Below the pieces are notes generated by a model. It was given only the letters and a program-made list of their open reading frames with translations, made no database searches and had not been told where the DNA came from. The position numbers and the translations under genes are program-made. Shown here piece after piece: positions 48,468 through 56,286 of a DNA stretch of 64,000 nucleotides. Position 1 is the first letter of the stretch. Every line of letters starts with the position of its first letter. Source of the stretch: Gammaproteobacteria bacterium (GTDB taxonomy: Bacteria > Pseudomonadota > Gammaproteobacteria > Steroidobacterales > Steroidobacteraceae); assembly GCA_003132425.1 (NCBI GenBank), contig PKXS01000142.1, positions 653 through 64,652 on the forward strand, read 5' to 3'.

Positions 48468-49552
48468 ACGGCATGCGCACGGTGGTTGTCGACAAAATCG
48501 CCTCGGTCACTCAGGCGCTCGGCCTGGCGCACGAGATTCGCATCGCCACGGAAATTCCTTGCGAGGAAGGGGTGGTATTGGTCGTCGAGATTCTCAACAA
48601 CAAGTCGACTTACAATACGCTGGAGCTCACCAGCGGCCGCATGGCGAAAGTCGCGCGCGGCGACGTGGTGGTCGGCGCGCTGGGTCATCGCAAGGCTTTG
48701 TTCGGCTATTCGGGGCACATCCCGCAGGCGCTCAAACCCGGCGACGTGATTCAGATGCTGAATATCGGCGGTGTGCTCGGAATCTGCGATTCCGCGACGC
48801 CGGACAAGGGCAAGCCTTTCGACTGCAGGGTGCTGGGCACGGTGCTCGCATTTCCCTTTCTGGGTGAGCGCATCGGCGTCCCCGCCAAGGCAGGATACAG
48901 GGCCTTGGACTACGACGCGGCGCTCGACGTGCGCGGCGTGCCGGTAGTCGCGCTTGCCGGCACCTGCATGGAGGCCGGCAAGACCGCCGCGGCATCCGCC
49001 ATCATTGCGCGCATGCGGCATCGCGGATTGGTCGTGGATGCCTTCAAAGCGACCGGTGTTTCGCTGCGCCGTGACATCATGGCGTTCGAGGATTCGGGCG
49101 CGCGCCGCACGATGATCTTTACGGACCTAGGAATCGTGACCACCACGGAGAAGTGCGGCCCGGCGCTGACGCGCGCCATGCTCACGGAGATGGCAAGCGG
49201 GCAGCCCGACGTCATCGTGTTCGAGCTGGGAGACGGTCTGCTGGGAACATACGGCGTACAATCGATCCTGCGTCAACCGGATATCAAGGCCGCACTGACC
49301 TGCGTCGTCCTTTCCGCCAACGATCCGGTCGCCGCTTGGGGAGGCGTGAAGTTGCTGCGCGAGCGTTTCGGCATCGAGCCCAGCGTCGTGACGGGCCCCG
49401 CAACGGACAATCAGGTCGGCGTCCAGATCATTCGCGACCAAATGAACGTCGCGGCGTTCAATGCGATCAGCAGTCCCGCGGATCTGGGCGACCATATCCT
49501 CGCCAAGTTGCGGCTGAGCAATGTGCGCGAGCCCAAAGTCGCCGGCGAATGA
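48464..49552 (+). CDS. Uncharacterised P-loop protein embedded in the arginine operon
   Basis: 362 aa. ATGA overlaps with the argG stop (48464-48467) and the argC start (49549-49552). GTCMEAGKT loop at aa 166-174. Does not resemble any canonical Arg enzyme. Confidence 0.8.
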   Translation: MNGMRTVVVDKIASVTQALGLAHEIRIATEIPCEEGVVLVVEILNNKSTYNTLELTSGRMAKVARGDVVVGALGHRKALFGYSGHIPQALKPGDVIQMLNIGGVLGICDSATPDKGKPFDCRVLGTVLAFPFLGERIGVPAKAGYRALDYDAALDVRGVPVVALAGTCMEAGKTAAASAIIARMRHRGLVVDAFKATGVSLRRDIMAFEDSGARRTMIFTDLGIVTTTEKCGPALTRAMLTEMASGQPDVIVFELGDGLLGTYGVQSILRQPDIKAALTCVVLSANDPVAAWGGVKLLRERFGIEPSVVTGPATDNQVGVQIIRDQMNVAAFNAISSPADLGDHILAKLRLSNVREPKVAGE

Positions 49553-50610
49553 GCCCACGCATGCCAACGATCGTGCTGGGGGGCACCGGCTACGTCGCCG
49601 GCGAGCTGCTGCGGCTGATCGCCGGACACCCGCGGCTCGAGCTTGCCGCCATTCTGTCGGATAGCCAGCCGGGCGCGCCCGTCGCGGCCGCCTTCCCGCA
49701 TCTGCGCGGCGCCTATCCGCACCTGAAATTCGCGAGCATCGATGACATCGACGCCATCATGCGGGCCACGCGAGAATCGGCGCTGTTTTGCGCCGCGCCC
49801 CACGGCGTTGCCGCAGGGATCATCGATCGTCTGCTCAAGGCCGCGGAGAATTCGGGCACGCTCGCGCATTGCGTCGATATCTCGGCGGACTTTCGCTACA
49901 CGAGCGCCGGCGCCTACGAAGCCGTGTACAAACACGCACACGGCGCGCCGGCAAGACTCAGGGAATTTACCTGCGCCATTCCGGAACACTTGCAAAAGTC
50001 GCCGACTCCGCACGTCGCGCATCCAGGGTGCTTTGCGACCGCGACGCTGCTCGCGAGCGTGCCGCTATTGGCATTGGGATTGACCGATACACGCCTGTTC
50101 GTGACGGGCATTACCGGCAGCACCGGCTCCGGCCGCAAACCGACCGCAGGCACGCATCACCCGCAGCGGCACAGCGATCTGTATACCTACGGCGCGCTCA
50201 GTCATAGGCATGTGCCGGAGGTCATCGCCTGCGCGAAGCTCGCCACCGGCGTCGAGGCAGAATTCAATTTCGTGCCGCATTCAGGCCCCTTTGCCCGCGG
50301 CATTCACGTCACCGTGCAAGCGAGTCTGAAGAAACCGCTGAGCAGCGCTCAGGCGCTGCAAGCGTTGGCGTCGTACTACCAGCACTGTCCGTTCGTGCGG
50401 GTCGGCGATACGGCACCGCGCGTCAAGGATGTCGCCACCAGCAACTACGCGCATTTAAGCGCGGTGACGAACGGCAACTCGATCGCCGTCATGTCGGCGC
50501 TCGACAATCTCAACAAAGGCGCCGCGGGCGGCGCCGTGCAATGGATGAACCGGCTTTTGGGCTTTGAGGAAATAACAGGTCTCACGGCGCCGGCTCCCGG
50601 TTGGACCTGA
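49549..50610 (+). CDS. argC: N-acyl-gamma-glutamyl-phosphate reductase
   Basis: Trimmed to the ATG at 49549 (alternative 49561, MPTIVLGGTGYVAGELLRL). Active-site HPGCFATA; C-terminal DNLNKGAAGGAVQ. Confidence 0.92.
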   Translation: MSPRMPTIVLGGTGYVAGELLRLIAGHPRLELAAILSDSQPGAPVAAAFPHLRGAYPHLKFASIDDIDAIMRATRESALFCAAPHGVAAGIIDRLLKAAENSGTLAHCVDISADFRYTSAGAYEAVYKHAHGAPARLREFTCAIPEHLQKSPTPHVAHPGCFATATLLASVPLLALGLTDTRLFVTGITGSTGSGRKPTAGTHHPQRHSDLYTYGALSHRHVPEVIACAKLATGVEAEFNFVPHSGPFARGIHVTVQASLKKPLSSAQALQALASYYQHCPFVRVGDTAPRVKDVATSNYAHLSAVTNGNSIAVMSALDNLNKGAAGGAVQWMNRLLGFEEITGLTAPAPGWT

Positions 50611-50619
50611 GGTGCATCC

Positions 50620-51786
50620 ATGGCGGCAACGAGTCTGACGGCAAAAGCCCTTACCAGCCACCTCGCGCAAGTATTCGCGCAATATCCGATCGAAGTGGCG
50701 CACGGCGAGGGTGTTTGGCTGTACGCGCGCGATGGGCGCAAGATCCTGGACTTTTACGGCGGCCACGCGGTCGCGGGCCTTGGCTACGGCCACCCCCATT
50801 GGCTGGCCGCGCTCGAACGGCAAGCCCGGCAAATGGCGTTTCAAACCAATGCCGTGGGCGTGGCGATTCGCGAGCACGCCGCGGCGCGCTTGGCGAAGTT
50901 TGCAGACCTTGGTCTCGATACGGTGTTCTGGATCAATAGCGGCGCCGAAGCCAATGAGAATGCGCTCAAGCTGGCCTTCAAACAGACCGGGCGCGGCAAG
51001 GCCGTGGCGCTGGAGCAGGGATGGCACGGCAGAACCGCCGCGGCCGGCGCGGTCACCTGGGGAGCGTTACACACCTGGTATGGCTTTCCGCGCACGCCTT
51101 TCGATGCGAGCTTCGCGCCGCGCAACGATCCCGCCGCCGTTGAGCGATTCGTCGACCGAGATACGGCCGCCGTCATCGTCGAGCCGGTGCAGGGCGTGGG
51201 CGGCGCCTATGATGTGGGAAAACCGATGTTGCAGGCGCTGCGCCGGCGATGCGACGAGGTGGGCGCCTTACTGATCTTCGACGAAGTGCAATGCGGAATG
51301 GGCCGCACCGGATCGCCGTTCGCCGCGAATCATCACGGCGTGACGCCGGACATCATCACCACCGCAAAAGCATTGGGAAACGGCTTTCCGGTTTCAGCGT
51401 TGCTGCTGTCAAAGCACGTGGCGAAACATATCAAGTACAACGACATGGGAACGACCTTCGGCGGCGGCCCGATGGCCTGTGCTGCCGCCGAAGCCGTGAT
51501 CGAGACGATCGAATCGGAATCGCTGCTCGCGAACGTGCGTCAAGTGTCGGCGTACATCCGTTCGAACTGCATCGTCGGACCGATCACCGGGTCGCAGGGC
51601 GCCGGCTTTTTGCTGGGTTTGAAGACATCGCGGCCCGCCAAGGAAGTGCAGGCGGCGCTGCTGGAAAAAAATATTTTGACCGGTACCAGCGGCGACCCCA
51701 ACGTGCTGCGCCTGTTACCGGCGTACATTTTGAACGAAGGCCATGTCGATCAATTATGCGATGCGTTGGTGAAGATTCCGGCATGA
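50620..51786 (+). CDS. argD: Acyl-ornithine aminotransferase (class III PLP aminotransferase)
   Basis: 388 aa. GHPH, SGAEANE, DEVQCGMGRTG, TTAKALGNGFP (PLP lysine). Confidence 0.9.
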   Translation: MAATSLTAKALTSHLAQVFAQYPIEVAHGEGVWLYARDGRKILDFYGGHAVAGLGYGHPHWLAALERQARQMAFQTNAVGVAIREHAAARLAKFADLGLDTVFWINSGAEANENALKLAFKQTGRGKAVALEQGWHGRTAAAGAVTWGALHTWYGFPRTPFDASFAPRNDPAAVERFVDRDTAAVIVEPVQGVGGAYDVGKPMLQALRRRCDEVGALLIFDEVQCGMGRTGSPFAANHHGVTPDIITTAKALGNGFPVSALLLSKHVAKHIKYNDMGTTFGGGPMACAAAEAVIETIESESLLANVRQVSAYIRSNCIVGPITGSQGAGFLLGLKTSRPAKEVQAALLEKNILTGTSGDPNVLRLLPAYILNEGHVDQLCDALVKIPA

Positions 51787-52778
51787 GGCGCTTCATTGAT
51801 CTGGCGGATTTCAATCGAGATCAGATTCTCGACCTGCTGGCGCTCGCGCGGGCGCTGCAGGACAAGCCGGAACCGCGGGCGCTCGCCGGCAAGATCCTGG
51901 GGTTGGTGTTCTTGAACCCCTCCTTGCGCACGTTGGCCTCCTTCCAAGCGGGCATGGCGCGGCTCGGCGGGAGCTCGTTCGTGATCACGCCAGGGCAGGG
52001 CACCTGGCAGCTGGAAACTCATCTCAATGCAATCATGAACGGTGCCGCCGCCGAACATATTCGCGAAGGCATACCGGTGCTGGCATCCTACTGCGACGCG
52101 CTCGGCGTGCGCGCATTCGCCGATGGTCGAAGCTTGAACGAGGATCTGCGCGAGCCGCTGTTCGAAATGATTGACGGGCTATGCGATAAGCCGCTCATCA
52201 ATATGGAATCGGCAATGAACCACCCCTGCCAAGCACTCGCGGACTGGCGGACGATGGACGAGCTGAAGGTTCCGGCGCGGGCCAAATTCGTCTTAAGTTG
52301 GGTCTATCATCCAAAGGCGTTGCCCTTGGCGGTTCCCGCCGCGGCCGTGCAAATGGCGGCGATGCGCGGCATGGAAGTGGTGGTCCTGCGTCCGGACGGA
52401 TTTGCGATGCCGCCGCAAATCATGGACAAGGCCCGCTTGGCGGCCGCAAGCGCCGGCGGTTCGGTCACCGAGACCGGCGATCGCGCGGCCGCGATGGCCG
52501 GCGCGAGCGTGCTGTATGCGAAGGAATGGGGCACGACTCTGTATTACGGCGACACCGAGGCCGATTCACGCCTGCGGGCGGATCTTTCGCAATGGTGTGT
52601 CCGGGAAAGTTGGTTTACCGGCGCCCTGCCCGATGCCAAGCTCATGCATTGCCTACCGGTGCGCCGCAACGTCGCGGTCGCCGATGAAGTACTGGACGGT
52701 CCCCGCGCCGTGGTCAAGCGCGAGGCCTTCAATCGTCTGACGGTGCAGATGGCCGTTCTGCACCGCATGCTGGCGTGA
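51783..52778 (+). CDS. N-acyl-L-ornithine carbamoyltransferase (AOTCase/SOTCase-type, ArgF')
   Basis: ATGA overlap with argD. 331 aa. NPSLRT instead of the OTCase STRTR, plus HPCQ and HCLPVRRN. Gapless by-eye alignment to remembered Xanthomonas AOTCase. Confidence 0.87.
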   Translation: MRRFIDLADFNRDQILDLLALARALQDKPEPRALAGKILGLVFLNPSLRTLASFQAGMARLGGSSFVITPGQGTWQLETHLNAIMNGAAAEHIREGIPVLASYCDALGVRAFADGRSLNEDLREPLFEMIDGLCDKPLINMESAMNHPCQALADWRTMDELKVPARAKFVLSWVYHPKALPLAVPAAAVQMAAMRGMEVVVLRPDGFAMPPQIMDKARLAAASAGGSVTETGDRAAAMAGASVLYAKEWGTTLYYGDTEADSRLRADLSQWCVRESWFTGALPDAKLMHCLPVRRNVAVADEVLDGPRAVVKREAFNRLTVQMAVLHRMLA

Positions 52779-52802
52779 ACGACCCGCTTAGGAGTAATTG
52801 CG

Positions 52803-53750
52803 ATGATCATGAGCCGACCTGATCCTTCAGTTGCGGTGCGGGCGCTGAAGAGCGCCGCGCCTTATATCCGCATGTACAAGAACAAAGTTTTCGTCATCAA
52901 AGCGGGCGGCGCCGTGTTCAGCGACGAGATTTCCACGCGTGGTCTGATCGAACAAGTCGCGATCCTGCATCAGGTGGGCATCAAAACCGTATTGGTCCAC
53001 GGCGGGGGTCCGCAGCTCGACAGCCTGCAAGCGTCGTTGGGGATAGACACGCGCATGGTGAACGGCCGGCGCGTGACCGATCAGAAGTCGATCGACGTGA
53101 CATCGATGGTGCTCAACGGCCTCATCAACACCCGCATCTTAGGCATATGCCGGGAACTCGATATCGAAGCCATCGGATTGAGCGGCGTCGACGCCGGCCT
53201 CATACGCGCGCACAAGCGCCCGCCGGTCCCGGTGTCGGCAGGGTCGAGCGAAACCGTGGACTACGGCCTCGTCGGCGATATCGATTCCGTCAACACCATG
53301 GTCATCGAGAAGCTGTTGGCGGACGGTTTGATGCCGGTGGTCAGTCCACTATCGGCGGACTCGAACGGCACTTTGCTGAATATCAACGCCGACACGGTGG
53401 CGGCGGCTATCGGCGGCGCGCTCGCGGCGGAAAAACTGGTGCTATGCACCGGCGCGCCGGGAATTCTCGAGCGCGTCGGGGATCCGAGATCAGTGATCTC
53501 CTTCACGGACATCCAGGGCTTGAAGCGATTGCGCGACCAGGGCAGCTTGAAGGACGGTATGCTGCCCAAGGCGCTTGCCATCGAAAATGCGATTCGCGGC
53601 GGCGTGCGGCGCGTGCACGTGATAACGTACAAGTCGGCTGATAGTTTGCTCGCCGAAATCTTCACCAACGAGGGCACGGGCACGCTGGTGGTTGCGGATC
53701 TGAAGGCCTTGAGCCCCGCCGAGCAACAAAGCGCCGCGGCAAACGCTTAA
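52803..53750 (+). CDS. argB: Acetylglutamate kinase (stand-alone, no fused GNAT domain)
   Basis: 315 aa. VIKAGGA, VLVHGGGPQ, NINADTVAA. Confidence 0.93.
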   Translation: MIMSRPDPSVAVRALKSAAPYIRMYKNKVFVIKAGGAVFSDEISTRGLIEQVAILHQVGIKTVLVHGGGPQLDSLQASLGIDTRMVNGRRVTDQKSIDVTSMVLNGLINTRILGICRELDIEAIGLSGVDAGLIRAHKRPPVPVSAGSSETVDYGLVGDIDSVNTMVIEKLLADGLMPVVSPLSADSNGTLLNINADTVAAAIGGALAAEKLVLCTGAPGILERVGDPRSVISFTDIQGLKRLRDQGSLKDGMLPKALAIENAIRGGVRRVHVITYKSADSLLAEIFTNEGTGTLVVADLKALSPAEQQSAAANA

Positions 53751-53772
53751 TACCGGCGAACGCCTAATACCT

Positions 53773-54963
53773 ATGACTCGACTTTGGGACAAGGGGACTT
53801 TACTCGACGCGCGCGTCTTGAGCTACACCGCGGGGGACGATTACCTCCTGGATAACCGCCTGGTGCGTTACGACATTCAGGCATCCATCGCGCATGCCGA
53901 GATGCTCGGCGAGCAATCGCTCGTATCGACCAAGGATGTGGCCGAGATTCGCGACGCGTTGACCGCCATCGGCGCCGAACACGCGAGCGGCGCGTGGCGC
54001 ATCACGCTGGAGCAGGAAGATTGCCAAACGGCCATCGAGAACCTGCTCATCGCGCGCATCGGCGCGACCGGCGGACGCTTGCACGCGGGCCGCTCGCGCA
54101 ACGACCAAGTGCTCGCCGCCCTGCGCCTGTACCTAAGCGAGGCGGCGCAGGCGCTGCGCAACGGCGCAATCGCAGTCGCGGCGGCGCTCGAGGCCCTGGC
54201 CGCGCGCGACGGCGCCGTCGTGTTGCCCGGCTACACCCATATGCAGCAGGCGATGCCGAGCAGCGTCGCGCTGTGGGCGCTTGGGTTTGCATCCGAGATC
54301 CACGACGATGCCGAAGGTCTGCAACAGTGCCGGCGGCGCATCGCCAAGAATCCGCTGGGGTCGGCCGCGGGTTATGGAACGCCGAATCTTGACGTGAGCC
54401 GCGAGGCGACCCGCCGGCGGCTAGGCTTTGCGGTGAATCAGGAACCAGTGACCGCGGTTCAGCTGTCACGCGGCAAGGCGGAAGCGCAGCTATTGTTCGA
54501 GATCACGCTGCTCACCCAGGATACCGGACGGCTGGCGGCGGATTTATTGCTCTTCTATACGCAAGAGTTCGGTTTCGTGAGCCTGCCCGACGGTTTCACC
54601 ACCGGTTCTTCGATCATGCCGCAAAAGCGCAATCCCGATGTGTTCGAATTGATCCGCGGGCGAAGCGCGGTGGCGCAAGCGGCGCTGAACGAAGTGCTTG
54701 GCATTTCGCAAAAGCTCAGCTCCGGCTACCATCGTGATCTGCAGCTCATCAAGCAGCCGTTGTTTCGCGCCATCGATTCTTGTCAGCAGACGCTCGAGAT
54801 CTTGCCGAGCGCGCTCGAGGGGGTGCGTTTCAGAGCGGAAAATATCCGGCTGGATCCCGGCATTCATGCCGCCGCCGCGGCAAATGCCCTGGTGGCGAAA
54901 GAAGGCATTCCATTTCGCGAGGCCTACCAGCGGGTGGCCGGCACGCTCAAGAAAACAAAATGA
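53773..54963 (+). CDS. argH: Argininosuccinate lyase (short form)
   Basis: 396 aa. RYDIQASIAHAEML, GRSRNDQV, fumarate-lyase signature GSSIMPQKRNPD. Ends right after GIPFREAYQRV. Confidence 0.9.
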   Translation: MTRLWDKGTLLDARVLSYTAGDDYLLDNRLVRYDIQASIAHAEMLGEQSLVSTKDVAEIRDALTAIGAEHASGAWRITLEQEDCQTAIENLLIARIGATGGRLHAGRSRNDQVLAALRLYLSEAAQALRNGAIAVAAALEALAARDGAVVLPGYTHMQQAMPSSVALWALGFASEIHDDAEGLQQCRRRIAKNPLGSAAGYGTPNLDVSREATRRRLGFAVNQEPVTAVQLSRGKAEAQLLFEITLLTQDTGRLAADLLLFYTQEFGFVSLPDGFTTGSSIMPQKRNPDVFELIRGRSAVAQAALNEVLGISQKLSSGYHRDLQLIKQPLFRAIDSCQQTLEILPSALEGVRFRAENIRLDPGIHAAAAANALVAKEGIPFREAYQRVAGTLKKTK

Positions 54964-55397
54964 CGATTTGGCGCAGCCTGCTCACCCTCGACGCCTTGAA
55001 TGCCGGAGGCGACGGCACACTCATCCGGCACCTGGGCATCGTATTCACGGAAATCGGCGCGGACTTCGTGCGCGGCACCATGCCCGTGGATGAGCGCACC
55101 AAGCAACCCTTTGGTTTGCTGCACGGTGGGGCGTCGGTCGCCCTCGCCGAGACCCTGGGCAGCATGGGCGCGACAATGTGCGTCGATAGGTCTCAATATG
55201 TGTGCGTGGGCCAGGAGATCAACGCCAATCATGTGCGCGCGGCGCGCAGCGGCCAGGTCACCGGCACGGCACGGCCGCTGCACATCGGCGGCCGCACTCA
55301 GGTTTGGACCGTCGAAATCCTCAATGAGGCCGGAAAATTGGTTTGCACCTCGCGATTGACCATGGCGGTCATCCGGGTCGACGGCCGCGACCCATGA
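54960..55397 (+). CDS. PaaI-family hotdog thioesterase
   Basis: ATGA overlap with the argH stop. 145 aa. QPFGLLHGGASVALAETLGS motif typical of PaaI/YigI/EntH-type thioesterases. Confidence 0.85.
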   Translation: MTIWRSLLTLDALNAGGDGTLIRHLGIVFTEIGADFVRGTMPVDERTKQPFGLLHGGASVALAETLGSMGATMCVDRSQYVCVGQEINANHVRAARSGQVTGTARPLHIGGRTQVWTVEILNEAGKLVCTSRLTMAVIRVDGRDP

Positions 55398-55434
55398 AAA
55401 TCGCGCTAGCAATTGCAGCACGGAGAGGGGTATC

Positions 55435-56265
55435 TTGCGCGCCATGAAACAATCCATCGTCAATGATCTGAGGCGAAGCTGCGGAATTTGGATATTGCTT
55501 GCGGCCGCGCCTCTTGCCGGCGCACAAACTCCCCCCCCTGCGCCCACTTCGCCGGCGGCGCCTGCCGCCGCACCGGCCGGACCCTCCGCCGCGCCACCCA
55601 GCGAATCGCCCAGCTACGTATTCGGCTTGACGTTCGGCGAGCAAATGCATCGCGTCGGCATTACCAATGAAGTCGACGTGAACGAGATTGCGCGCGGGCT
55701 CAGGGACGCATTGCAGGGCAAGAAGACCACCCCCGCCGATCAGCAGCAATTGCAGGCGTACGTGCATTCGATCATAGAGGCGACCGTGGCGCGCAACAAA
55801 GCCGCCGCACGCGATTTCCTCGCACGCAATGCGCACGAGAAGGGCGTGAAAACGACCGCATCGGGATTGGAATATAAGATCAGCGCGGCGGGAAATACCA
55901 AGGCTCCCGCGATCGTTCCCACGGATCAAGTGACGGTGCAGTACCGCGGCAAATTGCTCGACGGCACGGAATTCGACAGCTCTTACTCGCGCGGCGTGCC
56001 GGCGACCTTTCCGGTGGGCGGCGTGATCAAGGGATGGCAAGAGGGGCTGGTGCTCATGAAGCCGGGCGCGAAATTTCAGTTGTTCATCCCGCCCGAGCTC
56101 GGCTATGACACGAACCCGCGGCCAGGAATTCCGGCCGGATCGCTGTTGATATTCGATGTGGAGCTGCTTAGCGTCAAATCGAGCGCCGCGAGCGCCCCGC
56201 CCCCAAAGACCCAGGCGCCGCAAGGCCCGCAGTCGAATTCGAACGTCAAGTCCCTGTCCCAATAG
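55435..56265 (+). CDS. FKBP-type peptidyl-prolyl isomerase (FkpA/Mip-like)
   Basis: Signal peptide, Pro/Ala-rich linker, dimerisation helices, FKBP domain (VTVQYRGKLLDGTEFDSS...GGVIKGWQEGL...LIFDVELL). Track start is TTG 55435; ATG 55444 is an alternative. Confidence 0.88.
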   Translation: MRAMKQSIVNDLRRSCGIWILLAAAPLAGAQTPPPAPTSPAAPAAAPAGPSAAPPSESPSYVFGLTFGEQMHRVGITNEVDVNEIARGLRDALQGKKTTPADQQQLQAYVHSIIEATVARNKAAARDFLARNAHEKGVKTTASGLEYKISAAGNTKAPAIVPTDQVTVQYRGKLLDGTEFDSSYSRGVPATFPVGGVIKGWQEGLVLMKPGAKFQLFIPPELGYDTNPRPGIPAGSLLIFDVELLSVKSSAASAPPPKTQAPQGPQSNSNVKSLSQ

Positions 56266-56286
56266 GCGTGCGCCCGCGGTTGCCGG

